64,000 nt of DNA from an uncultured delta proteobacterium (GTDB lineage Bacteria; Desulfobacterota; Binatia; UBA9968): the NCBI GenBank assembly GCA_963847445.1, contig CAWJZV010000017.1:128001-192000 (forward strand), written 5' to 3'. Position numbers and translations under genes: made by a program. A model generated the notes under the pieces. The model did no database searches and was not told where the DNA came from. It saw only the letters and a list, made by a program, of their open reading frames with translations. Below are positions 11,347 to 23,361 of the stretch, piece by piece (positions within the stretch are counted from its first letter, which is position 1; each line of letters starts with the position of its first letter).

Positions 11347-12216
11347 ATGAAAAAAGTTGTCGTTACCGGTGGCAGTGGCAAGTTGGGGCAATTCGTTATT
11401 CGTGATTTGTTGGATCATGGCTACAGCGTGCTCAGTCTCGATCGCGTCGCGCCGCGCGAAAAGCTCTGCATGAGCTGGCAGGTGGACCTGCGCCATGCCG
11501 GCGATTTGTTCGAGGCGCTGCGCGGCGGCTACGGCATCATTCATCTTGGCGCCTACCAAGCGCCCAACTTGGCGCCGGACGCCGAGACTCTGAGCAATAA
11601 CGTGTCGGCGACATACAACGTGTTGCGCGCTGCGGCGGATATGGGCGTGAAGCGCGTCGTGCTGGCGTCGAGCACGGCGGCCTTCGGCTTTATCTACGCG
11701 AGCAAACTTTGGGCGCCGAAATATTTACCGGCTGATGAAGAGCATCCCTCGACACCCCAAGATTCCTATGGACTGTCCAAAGTGTTGGGCGAGCAGATCG
11801 CCGATTCTATCGTCTCGCTGCAGCGCGATATGACCGTGAGCAGCCTGCGTTTCCCCGGTGTCAATTTCGATCTGTCCTACGAGAGTTTTCGCGACCGCTG
11901 GCGCAATCCGGCGAGCCGCGCCAGCGGCTTTTGGACTTACATCGACGCCCGCGACGCGGCGATGACCTGCCGGCTGGCGCTGGAAGCGAAGTTCAAAGGC
12001 CATGAAGTGTTCATCGCTTCGGCGGCGAAGAACTGCATGATCCAACCGACGCGCGAGTTGGTGAAAAAGTATCTGCCCAAGGGCACGCGCTTCAAAAAAA
12101 CCGCCGGCACGCACTGGAGCTGCGTCGATTCGTCCAAGGCGCGGCGCATGCTCGGCTTCAAGCCGCGGCATCTGTGGCAGGATTATTTACCCGAGGGGCG
12201 GGAGCAGAAGTATTGA
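11347..12216 (+). CDS. NAD-dependent epimerase/dehydratase (extended SDR)
   Basis: VTGGSGKLG Rossmann motif and YGLSK catalytic motif. Confidence 0.9.
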   Translation: MKKVVVTGGSGKLGQFVIRDLLDHGYSVLSLDRVAPREKLCMSWQVDLRHAGDLFEALRGGYGIIHLGAYQAPNLAPDAETLSNNVSATYNVLRAAADMGVKRVVLASSTAAFGFIYASKLWAPKYLPADEEHPSTPQDSYGLSKVLGEQIADSIVSLQRDMTVSSLRFPGVNFDLSYESFRDRWRNPASRASGFWTYIDARDAAMTCRLALEAKFKGHEVFIASAAKNCMIQPTRELVKKYLPKGTRFKKTAGTHWSCVDSSKARRMLGFKPRHLWQDYLPEGREQKY

Positions 12217-12377
12217 AGCGTTGCATTGCGCCATTCCATTCTGTTTCCGAGGCGTCGCCCCACTTTCCCCACGGAGTTGGGGTTTTTTATTTCCGCTTGA
12301 CGGAGGACCGGCAGTTCAACTAGCTTTGCCGCAGTTGCTCATTCGTTTATCTTAGCTTGACGGTAAGGAGATCCACC

Positions 12378-13400
12378 ATGATCAGAAACTTGCTGACCGC
12401 GATCGTCGTCATTGTCTGGCTATTCGCCGTAACTCAAGCTCAGGCACAAAGCGATTTTTTCCAAGGCAAGACCATCCGCATCATCGTCGGTTACTCTCCC
12501 GGCGGCGGTTACGATGCCTTGGCGCGCATGCTGTCGCGGCAAATGCCGAAACATATTCCCGGCCATCCGACCATTCTGGTCGAAAACATGGCTGGCGCCG
12601 GTAGCTTGCTTGCCGCCAATCATATTTTCAAAGTCGCCAAGCCCGACGGGCTGACCATGGGCCATTTCAGCGGCGGCTTTGTTTACAGTCAAGTCATGGG
12701 CCAGCCGGGCATCGAGCTCGATATGCAGAAATTTGTCTTCGTCGGCGCGGTGGCGCGGGATGAAAGCGCCATCGCCGTGACCAAGGCGAGCGGCGTCAAT
12801 ACTATGGAGCGCTGGTTTGCCGCTAAGACGCCGTTAAAAATGGGCACCACCGGGCCGGGCGCTTTCGGCACCGACAATGTGCTGAAAGTCATCAAGGTGG
12901 CGCTCAATCTACCGATGCAAATCATCTCGGGCTACAAAGGCACCGCCGACATGCGCCTGGCCGTGGAGAGCGGCGAGCTTGACGGCACGACTTGGGGTTG
13001 GGACTCCATGCGCGGCACTTGGCAGAAATCACTCGAATCAGGCGTGGTGTCCGTGGTGCTGCAATCCGTGCCCAAGGCGTTTGCCGATTTGCCCAAAGTG
13101 CCGCTGGCGATCGATCTGGCCAAGACAGCGGAGGCCAAACAATTGATCGAGTACGGCATTCACTTTCCGAGCAAGATCACCAAGACTCTAGCCCTGCCGC
13201 CGGGCACTCCGGCCGACCGCGCGCTGATCCTGCAGAAGGCATTGCAGGAGACGGTGAAGGATCCCGAGTTCATCGCCGAGGCGGACAAAGCCAAGATCGG
13301 ACTCGCCCCGGTGACCGTCGATGAAATGAAAAAGACCGTCGATGGCGTCTTCAAGCTCGACCCCGCTCTGCTCGCCAAGCTGAAGACCATTCTCTTCTAA
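12378..13400 (+). CDS. TctC/Bug-family substrate-binding protein
   Basis: IVGYSPGGGYD, VENMAGAG, KPDGLT, SGYKG motifs; AAGGAG RBS. Confidence 0.88.
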   Translation: MIRNLLTAIVVIVWLFAVTQAQAQSDFFQGKTIRIIVGYSPGGGYDALARMLSRQMPKHIPGHPTILVENMAGAGSLLAANHIFKVAKPDGLTMGHFSGGFVYSQVMGQPGIELDMQKFVFVGAVARDESAIAVTKASGVNTMERWFAAKTPLKMGTTGPGAFGTDNVLKVIKVALNLPMQIISGYKGTADMRLAVESGELDGTTWGWDSMRGTWQKSLESGVVSVVLQSVPKAFADLPKVPLAIDLAKTAEAKQLIEYGIHFPSKITKTLALPPGTPADRALILQKALQETVKDPEFIAEADKAKIGLAPVTVDEMKKTVDGVFKLDPALLAKLKTILF

Positions 13401-13433
13401 GAAATCGCGCGGGGCTTCGAAAGGATCTTGCAC

Positions 13434-14489
13434 ATGGCGCAGCGCAGGTGTTGCTTTGGCCGGTTCATCGCAGCGTTGACAATTCTTTGGGGCGTTGGAG
13501 AGGTATCGGCGCAGCACGATGAAAAAGCCGTGGCCGATTTCTATCGTGGCAAACAGATTCGCATCATTATCGGATCGGGGCCCGGCGGCACTTATGACAT
13601 CTACTCGCGTCTCTTGTCCAAACATATGGGGCGCTTCATCCCTGGCCACCCGGCGATGCTGGTGCAATCGCGCGCCGGCGCCGGCGGCTTGATCGCCGCC
13701 AACACGATCTACAATACGGAGCCCCGAGATGGCACGGTGATCGGTTCTTTCGGAGAAACATTTCCATTGCGCCAGGCGATGGGCGCGCCGGCAATTCAAT
13801 TCGACTCGGCCAAGTACCAGTGGATCGGCAGCGCTATCAATACGGCGATCGCCTGCGTGGCGCGCAGCGATTCCGCTGTGGCGTCGTTCATGGATATCGT
13901 CGACGGCAAGCCGTTCACGGTCGGCACCATGGCGCCGGGCAGCACGATCTACGACACGCCGGCGATCCTCAATGCGGCCTTCAATCTGCAAATGAAACTG
14001 GTGCGCGGCTTCGACGGAGTGGCGAACATCGTCAACGCCGCTGAAGCGAAGGAAGTCGATGGCTACTGCGCCAGTTGGCTGGCGATGCTCACCACGGGGC
14101 GGCACTTACAACTGTTCGACGCCGGGGTGTTGAAGCCGATTCTCATCATGGGCGATAGGACGCCGGATCACCCGCGGCTGAAGCAGGTACCCGCCGCCGA
14201 AGCGCTGGCGAAAAGCGATGAAGCGAAGCAGTTACTACGCGCCATGCATGCGCCGTCGCAGATCACCAACCCCTACGTCGTCCATCCGCAGGTGCCGAAG
14301 GAGCGCGCCGAGGCGCTGCGCCGGGGGTTTTCGGCGACCTTCACTGACGGCGAGTTTCTTGCCGACGCAAAGAAGAGCCGCATCGAGTTCTCTCCCAGCA
14401 GCGGCGAACAAGTTACCCAGGTGGTGCGGTCGATCATGAACACACCGCCGGCCGTGCTGGCGAAGATGAAAAAAATATTGGTGCAATAA
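13434..14489 (+). CDS. TctC/Bug-family substrate-binding protein
   Basis: IIGSGPGGTYD and AGAGGLIAAN motifs; similar to neighbouring paralogs. Confidence 0.85.
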   Translation: MAQRRCCFGRFIAALTILWGVGEVSAQHDEKAVADFYRGKQIRIIIGSGPGGTYDIYSRLLSKHMGRFIPGHPAMLVQSRAGAGGLIAANTIYNTEPRDGTVIGSFGETFPLRQAMGAPAIQFDSAKYQWIGSAINTAIACVARSDSAVASFMDIVDGKPFTVGTMAPGSTIYDTPAILNAAFNLQMKLVRGFDGVANIVNAAEAKEVDGYCASWLAMLTTGRHLQLFDAGVLKPILIMGDRTPDHPRLKQVPAAEALAKSDEAKQLLRAMHAPSQITNPYVVHPQVPKERAEALRRGFSATFTDGEFLADAKKSRIEFSPSSGEQVTQVVRSIMNTPPAVLAKMKKILVQ

Positions 14490-14507
14490 GCGAAGAAAGA
14501 AAAAAGA

Positions 14508-14756
14508 ATGGCCGCAAAGAACGCAAAGGCGCAAAATAGGATCGGGAGTAGGGGCGGGTTTTAAACCCGCCCTCTTGCCTAGGATAATTCGCAATCGGAA
14601 ATTAACCGCAAAGCTGTCCTGAGCGTAACGCGAGGGTCTTGGAACCGCGCAGAGGTCGCAAAGTGCGAAGCGGAGCAATTCACCACGAAGATCACGCCAA
14701 GGGTGTCGGATAATCAATATTCCGCGTTTCGTGATCTTCGTGTCCTTCGTGGTGAA
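14508..14756. repeat. Cluster of palindromic repeats: GCAAAG arm, GTAG-type REP (14548-14573), CTGAGC-type unit, intact CACGAAG palindrome (14679-14756)
   Basis: gtaggggcgggttttaaacccgccct; ttcaccacgaag...cttcgtggtgaa. Confidence 0.8.
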
Positions 14757-14788
14757 AATCCTAGTTCCCTACGGCGAAAAGGAACACT

Positions 14789-15803
14789 ATGAAATTTGGC
14801 ATTCACATTCTCCCGACTTACATGCCGGATGTCGAGGGGACGCTGCCGGATTTTTACCAGCTGATGTACGAGCAGATCATCGAGGTGGAAAAGCTCGGCT
14901 TCGATCAAGCTTGGGTGACCGAACATCATTTCGGCGGCTATGGCGGCACGCTGCCGCACCCGCCGACGTTTTTGGCGGCGGTCGCCGGTAAGACGGCGAA
15001 GATACGTCTGGGTGTGGCGGTGGCGGTGTTGCCGCTGCACAATCCTTTACAACTGGCCGAAGCCTACGCCATGGCGGATGTGATCTCCGGCGGGAGGTTG
15101 GACTTCGGTATCGGTAAAGGCAGCGAGCCGGTGGAGTACCGCAAATTTGGCATGAATCGCGATGAAGCGACGCAACGTTTCACTGAATGCACGGAAATTA
15201 TCCGCCAGGCCTGGTCCGACGAGCCGGTGAATTTTCATGGCGAATTTTACAATTATGATGGCGTCGATATTCTACCCAAGCCGTTGCAGCGGCCGCATCC
15301 GCGCATCTGGGTCGGGGCGACGCGCACGGAGGAGACCTTCCGTGGCGCCGGCGTCAATGGCTACGATTTGATGACCGTGCCGTTCGTTCACCCGACCACC
15401 GATGCTTTGCGCGATTTGGTGCGGCTGTACCGCGGCGAGCTGGCGCGCGCCGGCCACGATTTCGTCGGCCGCGACGTGCTCGGCAAGTTTCATATTTATG
15501 TCTCCGATAGTTTTGAGCGCGGCATGCGCGAAGCCGCGCCGTTCATGAAGAACTACAGCGATATTCACACCGCGGTCGATCCCAAACGCAAAATCACCGA
15601 GCGCGATATTGGTTCGGACATGGCGCGCGGATTTATCATCGTCGGCGATCCCGAGCGCTGCTGCGATACGATTCGGCGCTGGCAAGAAGAGGCTGGGATC
15701 ACGGTGTTCTCCGGGAACATTTCATTTCGGCGGCATGCCCCAGGAAATGGCGCTCAAAAGCATGCGCCTGTTCGCCGACCGGGTGATGCCGGCGTTGGCG
15801 TGA
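14789..15803 (+). CDS. LLM-class flavin-dependent oxidoreductase (frameshift near 15715)
   Basis: WVTEHHF, GGRLDFGIG and PKPLQRPHP motifs; C-terminus FADRVMPALA in another frame. Confidence 0.85.
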
Positions 15804-15897
15804 CGATTTCGCGGCGCAGTGGAATCAGGAAGTTTATTAGACCACCGCTGGCGGGCGCAGCTCGGTTGCAGCGCCGATTCCAAAGCGCTGGCGAAAC

Positions 15898-17012
15898 TTA
15901 GTTGCCGATGACGAAAGCGCTGCGAATGTTTGATTTTGACTGCAAGGTTTGGCGGGTCGCTTCGGCCTCTTGCTTGGCGCCGAATCGGCCGACGCGGAGG
16001 CGATACCAGCGCGCGGAGTTGACATCGGCGACAACGATGAAAGCGTCGTAGCCTTGGGTTTTAAGTTTTTCTTGTAATTGCAGCGCGGCTTTTTCGTCCA
16101 GGGTCGAAGCGATTTGCACCGACCAGCTATGGGTTGAAAGTGCTTGGGTCGCCGCGGGCGTGACCGGCGGTTTTTCTTCGGATACGTCCGGTCGGGGGAC
16201 TTTAGCGGGGGTGCGCGCCACCGCCCGTTTAGCCATCGTCGGTGGCGGCGTCGCCGTCCGGCGAAGGCGCGCGAGCCACCTTAATCGGCAGCGGTTTTGT
16301 GCGGGCGCGCGCTGAGCGAGTCGTATCGATGCGCTTCGCGTCCGAGTTGGTGTCAGCGCGAGGAACCGAAACGGTGTTGCCGCTGGTGACGGCTGGCGCT
16401 GCCTCGGCGGTCATGTGAAGCCGGCACCGGCCAGCGCGCCGCGTCCGGTGCCAATGCCGCTATCCGGCGCGCGGTGATCTTTTGTCCGGTGACAACGCCT
16501 AAATATCCCGATGTACTGGCGGTGAATATAAACAGTGCCGCGAGGGCCGCCAGTTGCGACCGCGAGAAATATTTCGCCGCCGGGTAAGCGCTGTGTTCGC
16601 CAGTTCTGGCCGCTTGCGGCCACTGCGCTACCGACGCCGAGGTCCCGCCGTCGCTACCATGCTGTACCGACTGGCGTTGCGCAATTGCGCCGGGCAGAGC
16701 GGCTTGGGTCAACATTTGTAACGCTTGAATGGTCGGCCGGTGCTCGGCGATCAATTGTTGAGCGCGTAGCGCGCGCGTGTCGGCGTCGCATACTTCAAAT
16801 GAAAAGTGCGTCGGTTGGCGGCCGAGAAACACGTTTCCCAGTTCGTTCCAATGCAATAACAGCGCTGCGCGCAGATCAGCCGCCTCGCCGACGAAAAGTT
16901 GCTGGCGCTGGGTGTGCAGTCCATAGACGCCGGGCACGGCAGGCGCGCAGGTCTCGACGATTGCGCCTTCGAAAGGGTGACAATTGCCTTGTGGCTGCCA
17001 GGGTGGTGCCAT
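15898..17012 (-). CDS. GIY-YIG-like domain, TM helix and SPOR domain protein (split by frameshifts)
   Basis: PGVYGL...LFVGEA..LR N-terminus; hydrophobic LAALAALFIFTA; C-terminal WSVQIAS...WYRLRVGRF. Confidence 0.65.
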
Positions 17013-17325
17013 TTATAGATGTTCCGCCGCGTACCCGCCCTATCCAGGACGGGAAAGCGCGGCGTGCGGGAGCGGTTGGTTCACGTTCGTCGGATCTATC
17101 TTAGTCGGCGAAATACGCCGCGCTGTTACTGGCTTGCAACGATTCTACTTGAGGCCAATCAACGTCGTTTTGGGTTGGGTCACTGTCCGAGCATCGCTTA
17201 AAGACAAATGTTAGCTTACGAGCCAGGTTTGGACAAGTTGTTTGTCGAACAATGCGCGATTTTTCCCGCGTCGGTTGGAGAATTACGCCATTCTACCGAT
17301 CCGGCTTTTGTGCTAGAGGTTGGCG

Positions 17326-18648
17326 ATGACCTCGAACCCAGCCAAGGACCGCTCGCCTGCTATACTGAACCTGCTGCCGTTTTACTATGGCTGGTTCGTC
17401 GTTGCGTTAAGTTTTCTCGCTAACCTGACGGCCGCGGGTATTCGTTCGGCGCCATCGGTGCTGATCCATCCACTGGAGGCGGAGTTCGGTTGGAGCCGCA
17501 CGGAGATCGCTTCGGCGGCAAGTCTCAATTTACTCTTGCTCGGATTATTCGCACCGGTGGGCGGCTGGCTGATCGATCGCATCGGCGCCCGCCGCGTCAT
17601 ACTCGGCAGTCTGTCGACCATCGCCGTGGGACTGGTCGCGGTGACGTACGTCGAGCAGCTCTGGCAGTTGATTTTGCTATGGGGCGTGGTTCTCGGGATC
17701 GCCACCGGCATCACGCCGGCGCTGGGCGCGAGCATCGCCAGCCGCTGGTTTGTCCATCGGCGCGGTCTGGCGGTGGGCATCATGACCAATGCCAATGCCG
17801 CGGGACAAATAGTTTTTCTGCCGTTGTTGATGTCGGTCATCCTCGTCGCCGGCTGGCGCAATGCGCTGATGATGATTACGGCCACCGCCTGTTTGTTGAT
17901 CCCGGCGATCTGGTTCTGGATGCGCGACCGGCCCAGCGAAGTCGGTCTTGAGCCGTACCGTTCCGGGCCGGGCGCTAATGCGAAGTCGGGCAAGAGTTTC
18001 GCACGCGGCGAAATCCGCCCGATGTCGTTTGCGGCGATCTCCGAGGTCATGCAGACATCGACTTTTTGGATTCTCGCCGGCTGTTTTTTTATTTGCGGCG
18101 TCACCGCCAACGGTCTGATCGGCACCCACTTGATCCCCCACGCCATCGAGCGCGGCATCCCGCAGGTGACCGCAGCGACGGCGGTGGGCATCATGGGTGG
18201 CGCGAGTTTTATCGGCACGACTTTTTCCGGCTATCTGGTCGACCGCATCGATCCGCGCAAAGTGCTTTCGGTGGTATACGGCCTGCGCGGCACGGCTCTG
18301 TTGATGTTGCCGTTCGTATCTAACTCCACCGGGCTGTTCATGTTCGCCGTATTGTACGGGCTCGACTGGTACGCCTCCGGTCCGGCGACCACGACAATCA
18401 TCGCGCGCAAATTCGGTTCCGAACGGGTCGGGCAAATCTTCGGCACTGTCTTCGTCTTTCACCAATTGGGCGGCGCGGCGGCGGCTATCGGCGGCGGCTG
18501 GGTGCGTGTCCATTTTGGCGATTATCAAAATGCTTTCTTGGTCGGTGGTTGCTTGGGGCTGGTGGCCGCCGGTTTGGCGCTGACCGTCGATCGGCGCGGT
18601 GTGGCGCGACCCGAAGTGGCTGGGACGCCGGAGCTGGCCGGGGCGTGA
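17326..18648 (+). CDS. MFS transporter (paralog of 2246-3559)
   Basis: LPFYYGWF, RSAPSVLIHPLE and IPHAIERGI blocks shared with the first MFS. Confidence 0.9.
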   Translation: MTSNPAKDRSPAILNLLPFYYGWFVVALSFLANLTAAGIRSAPSVLIHPLEAEFGWSRTEIASAASLNLLLLGLFAPVGGWLIDRIGARRVILGSLSTIAVGLVAVTYVEQLWQLILLWGVVLGIATGITPALGASIASRWFVHRRGLAVGIMTNANAAGQIVFLPLLMSVILVAGWRNALMMITATACLLIPAIWFWMRDRPSEVGLEPYRSGPGANAKSGKSFARGEIRPMSFAAISEVMQTSTFWILAGCFFICGVTANGLIGTHLIPHAIERGIPQVTAATAVGIMGGASFIGTTFSGYLVDRIDPRKVLSVVYGLRGTALLMLPFVSNSTGLFMFAVLYGLDWYASGPATTTIIARKFGSERVGQIFGTVFVFHQLGGAAAAIGGGWVRVHFGDYQNAFLVGGCLGLVAAGLALTVDRRGVARPEVAGTPELAGA

Positions 18649-18757
18649 GCTCGAGATAGTTCGCACTACTGTCTGCCAAGCCGTGGTACAATCACTTCAA
18701 ACGTTCGCGTCGGGAGAGATGTTTAAACCTCGGCTCATGAAAAGGAGTTTCACGAAG

Positions 18758-19561
18758 ATGCACATCAATTTTGCAGTCTCATTAAGCAGGCATGGACGAA
18801 TTCTATCGCTGGCTCTGGTAATGGCGTTTGTTATCGTTGAAACACGCGACGGGCGCGCGGCATCGGTGGGAGCATTGAGCGAAGCGCGCTTGTTTAGCGC
18901 GGCTGATGAACACTCACAAGTGATCGAGTCGATCCGCGATGGCGCCGCCCTGGCTCCGCTCGCGGAAATGTACGGTGCTGGCGGCGAGAAATGGTTCATG
19001 GTCAAGAGCCGGGCGGGAAACATCGGTTGGATCAAGTCGAGCGACAACGCCGCAGCCAGGCGGGTCGACGATCATTTCCGCGCTCTGCCGAAAGAAACCT
19101 TTGCAATCGGACCGGCGGTTATCGCGAGCTCTAGTGGGCCGGCGGCCACGGCGAAGACCTCCGAGAGCGGCGCAGTCACAATTCCATTCAAGCTCCACAG
19201 TAATTCCATGTTGGTGCCGGTGAGCTTCACCAACGGCAGTAGCTCGACGACGGCTAACCTGGTGGTCGATACCGGCGCCGGCCAGACGGTGCTATCGAAG
19301 CGAGCCGCCCGCGACCTTGGATTGACGGCCCTCGACAGTCAAGCGAGACTTGGTATAGGTGGTGCGGTGAGAGTCGACGTCGGTGTCGTCGAGTCGGTGA
19401 AGGTCGGTGGCGCTGAACAGAAGAACTTGCCCATTAGTATCCATGATTTTTCGCCTGATCCCCGTATTGAAGGTCTATTGGGCTTCGATTTTCTCGGCCG
19501 CTTTCAAATGTCGGTGGACAACGACAAGCAAATAATCGTGTTAACGCCAAAAAAAGACTAG
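18758..19561 (+). CDS. Exported SH3-like domain plus retropepsin-like (clan AA) aspartyl protease
   Basis: KWFMVK..G.IGWI SH3-like segment; LVVDTGA and GLLGFDFL motifs; start uncertain (18719-18758). Confidence 0.8.
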   Translation: MHINFAVSLSRHGRILSLALVMAFVIVETRDGRAASVGALSEARLFSAADEHSQVIESIRDGAALAPLAEMYGAGGEKWFMVKSRAGNIGWIKSSDNAAARRVDDHFRALPKETFAIGPAVIASSSGPAATAKTSESGAVTIPFKLHSNSMLVPVSFTNGSSSTTANLVVDTGAGQTVLSKRAARDLGLTALDSQARLGIGGAVRVDVGVVESVKVGGAEQKNLPISIHDFSPDPRIEGLLGFDFLGRFQMSVDNDKQIIVLTPKKD

Positions 19562-19587
19562 CTCATGGCTAAGCGGGTGGCCCAGGG

Positions 19588-20581
19588 GTGAAGCCAAAGC
19601 ACGTAACGCAGATTTGTTGGTCTCTCGCCCTGATCGGCAGTTCGATTTTCATATTTCTCGTGCCGCGATTTGTCAGCGCTCAGGAGCGCGTCAAGTTCCC
19701 CGTCGGCGTCGGCACCAAAACCCTCGGCACCGGTCTGATCTGGCTCGCCACTAAGAAAGGCTTTTTCGAAGAAGCCGGCCTCGATGTTCAGCCGGTGCTG
19801 TTGCGCGGTACGCCGGTGGCGGTGCAGGCGCTGGTCGGCGAGTCGCTTTTCATGACCCTGGGTTCCGCCGACGCGATGGTCAGCGCGGCAGTGGGCGGTG
19901 CCGATCTCGTGAGCGTCGCCGGTGTCATCAACGGTTTGACCCAAGCCATTGTCGCCGGCAAGAAATATAAAAGCTTCAAAGAACTGCGCGGCACGACCGT
20001 TGGCGTGCAGTCGCTCGCCTCGGGCGCGACCACGGTGCTCAAGCGCATCTTCAAGAAGCACGGCCTGGATTATCCCGCCGATTACAAACTCTTGGCGGTG
20101 GGCGGGGGTAATTTCAATCTCGCGGCGCTCAGTTCCGGTCAAGTCGCGGCGGCATTTCTCGTCGTGCCATTGGTTTTCGCCGCTGAAGAGCAGGGCATGA
20201 ACGTGCTCGGCTACTATAAAGACTACTATCCCAACTATCAGTTGACGGTGATGGCGGTGAAGCGCGGCTGGGCGGAGAAAAACCGCGCGCTGTTGGTGCG
20301 CTTCCTGCGCGCTGGCTTGCGTGCCAACCGTTGGCTGTATGCCAACAAAGAGGCGGCGAGCGATTTCTTCGCTAAGGAAATACCAATGGCGCCGGAGCTG
20401 GCGCGCAAGGGTTGGGATTATTATACGGCGAACCGGGTTTGGCATCCGAATCTCGAACTCAACCTCGACGGCATGAAGCTGGCATTGGAAATTCTTGCCG
20501 AGGAGAGCAAACAAGCACGCGCAGGACGCCGTGAAGTTTATCGATGGTCGCTATTTACAGCAGGCACTCAAGGACTTGTGA
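19588..20581 (+). CDS. NMT1/SsuA-type substrate-binding protein (C-terminal frameshift near 20520)
   Basis: KKGFFEEAGLDV motif; close paralog at 25631. Confidence 0.85.
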
Positions 20582-20588
20582 GACGGTT

Positions 20589-20960
20589 ATGAAAGATGGG
20601 CTCAAACCCGGACTGACACATACCCAAACCTACGAAACCACCGAGCGCATGCGCGCTACGCAATTGACCGCCGATGTTTTCTCGACGCCGGCGATGATCG
20701 GCCTGATGGAAGGAACTTGCGTGCGGCTGACCGCGCCCTATTTGGACGAGGGCGAAAACAGCGTCGGCATGCATGTCGACGTGCATCACCTGGCGCCGAC
20801 CAAGATCGGCCAAAGCGTAACCGTCACGGCGGAGGTCTTGGAGATCGACGGCAACAAGATTCGCTATGCCGTGTCCGCGGTCAACGATGCCGGCGTGAAA
20901 ATCGGCGCGGGTAAGCACCGGCGCGCGGTGATTCGGCCGAAGAAACTGTCTGACGGTTGA
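20589..20960 (+). CDS. Fluoroacetyl-CoA thioesterase (FlK)-like hotdog thioesterase
   Basis: VFSTPAMIGLME, SVG..VDVHHLAPT and G.H.R motifs. Confidence 0.85.
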   Translation: MKDGLKPGLTHTQTYETTERMRATQLTADVFSTPAMIGLMEGTCVRLTAPYLDEGENSVGMHVDVHHLAPTKIGQSVTVTAEVLEIDGNKIRYAVSAVNDAGVKIGAGKHRRAVIRPKKLSDG

Positions 20961-21132
20961 TCGGCGCGCCATGGTGTTGACCGTGAGTTTTAAATTCCCG
21001 ACGATCGCGGCGCTTGGAGACTTTACGGCGCTATCGGTAGGTTCCCGCTTGCTTGCTTATCGACTGGCGATCGAATTAATCAGGTAGAGTGAGCGTCGGT
21101 CACGTCGGACTCTGACGCTATTATTTTCAATT

Positions 21133-23281
21133 ATGCAAAGCGTGGTGCGTCATGTCGGAGTTTTTCTCGTTAGCGTCGCAATTCTCTTTTCCTTGGCGAA
21201 AATAACTATGAGCTCATCCCAAGTCATCTCGCCAACCGCTGGGCAAGCGGACGAAGATCCTTTTCTGTGGCTCGAAGATGTCGGCGGCGAACGCGCTTTA
21301 ACCTGGGTGCGCGCGCACAACGCGGCGAGCGCGCGCGAACTGGAAGGCACTGCGGGTTTCGACAAGTTGCGGGGGCGTTTGCTGGCGATCTACGAATCCA
21401 ACGAGCGCATTGCCAACGTCACCAAGCATGGCGCGTATTTTTACAACTTCTGGCGCGATGAGCGGCAGGTGCGCGGGGTTTGGCGGCGGACAACGTTGGC
21501 CGAGTATCGCAAGGCCGAACCTGCCTGGGAGATCGTCCTCGATCTCGATCGGCTGGCGGCTTCAGAGAAAGAGAACTGGGTCTGGAAGGGCGCCGATATT
21601 TTGCAGCCAAGCCATGATCGCGCGCTGCTATTTCTTTCGCGCGGCGGCGCCGATGCCGCGGCGATGCGCGAATTCGATCTGGTCAAGAAAGATTTCGTCG
21701 TCGACGGATTTACCCTGCCGGAAGCGAAGAGCCGGGTGGCTTGGCGCAATCGTGATGCGCTTTACGTCGGCACCGACTTCGGCTCCGGCTCTCTGACCAG
21801 TTCCGGTTATCCGCGCATCGTTAAAGAATGGCAGCGTGGCACGGCGCTGGGCGCGGCCAAGACAGTTTTCGAGGGCCAAGTTGAAGACGTCAGCGTGGCG
21901 GCATCGGTGGTGCATGACCACGGCCGGACATATGAACTGATTTCGCGCGGCCTGACATTTTTCACCAATGAGCTATGGTTTCGCCGCGGCGACGATTGGG
22001 TTCGAATCGATAAACCGGCCGACGCACGGGTCGAGACCTTTACCGATCAAATATTGTTGCGGCTGCGTTCCGACTGGAACGTTGGCGGGAGAACTTATCG
22101 AGCCGGAGCACTGCTTGCCGGCGATTTTGCAGCCTATCTGACGCGGCGAGCGCGAATTCGCGACGCTTTTTGAACCGAGCGAGCGCAAAGCGTTGGCGAG
22201 CACGAGTCAGACGAAGAATTTCTTGATTCTCAACGAGCTCGACAATGTGCGCAGCAAGGTTTACGCCCTCAAGCGCGCCGACGGGCAATGGCAGCGCCAG
22301 CAATTGGCGACTCCAGCTTTCGGTTCGGTGCGCGTGCGCGGCGTCGATGCCCATTCCGATGATGATGCCTCGGACGATTACTTCATGAGCCTAACCGACT
22401 TCTTGACGCCGTCGAGTCTGATTCTCGGCAGAGTCGGCGCGTCGGCGGAGGAAAAGCTAAAAAGCTTGCCGGCATTTTTCAGCGCCGATGGCTTGGCGAT
22501 TAGCCAGCATGAGGCGGTATCGAAAGATGGCACCAGGATTCCCTACTTTCAGGTGAGCCGTAAAGACCTGATGACGAACGGCAGAAACCCGACGCTGCTC
22601 TACGGCTATGGCGGCTTCAATGTGTCGCAGTTGCCATTTTACAGCGGCACTCTCGGCGCGGCTTGGCTGGAGCGCGGCGGCGTCTACGTGCTGGCGAACA
22701 TTCGCGGCGGCGGCGAATTCGGGCCCAACTGGCACTATGCGGCGCGCAAGGAGAATCGCCAGCGCGCCTACGATGATTTCATCGCTGTCGCCGAAGATTT
22801 GATCGCGCGTAAAGTGACCTCGCCGCAGCATCTCGGCATCCAGGGCGGTTCCAATGGCGGTTTGCTGGTGGGTGTGGCGCTGACGCAGCGGCCGGATTTA
22901 TTCAAAGCGGTAGTTTGCCAGGTGCCGCTGCTCGATATGCGCCGCTATAGCAAATTATTGGCCGGCGCCAGTTGGGTCGATGAGTATGGCGATCCGGACA
23001 AAAGCGAAGATTGGGCGTATATCGCCAAATATTCGCCCTATCATAATGTCGTGGTCGAGAGGAAATATCCGCGAGTGCTATTCACCACCTCGACGCGCGA
23101 TGACCGGGTCCATCCGGGACACGCGCGTAAAATGTTCGCCAAGATGAAGGCACAGGGCCATGACGTGCTGTACTATGAAAACATCGAAGGCGGTCACGGC
23201 GGCGCGGCGGACAACCGCCAGCTCGCTTACATGTCGGCGCTGACCTATGCGTTTCTGGTTAAGGAGTTGATTGGCGGGTGA
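21133..23281 (+). CDS. Prolyl oligopeptidase (S9A), frameshift near 22140-22190
   Basis: DPFLWLE, SKDGTRIPYF, YGYGGF, ANIRGGGEFG, GGSNGG, DDRV and EGGHG motifs. Confidence 0.92.
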
Positions 23282-23361
23282 CGGGATCGGAATTTTCTCG
23301 CGCAAAGCCCGCAAGGACGCCAAGGGAGCAGGCGAAAGGCAGGGCGATCTGTCGGTCGCCC

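Noticed and set aside
15710-15725. Programmed frameshifting in split genes
   Set aside because: No consistent slippery sequence or stimulatory structure; indels occur in many unrelated genes.
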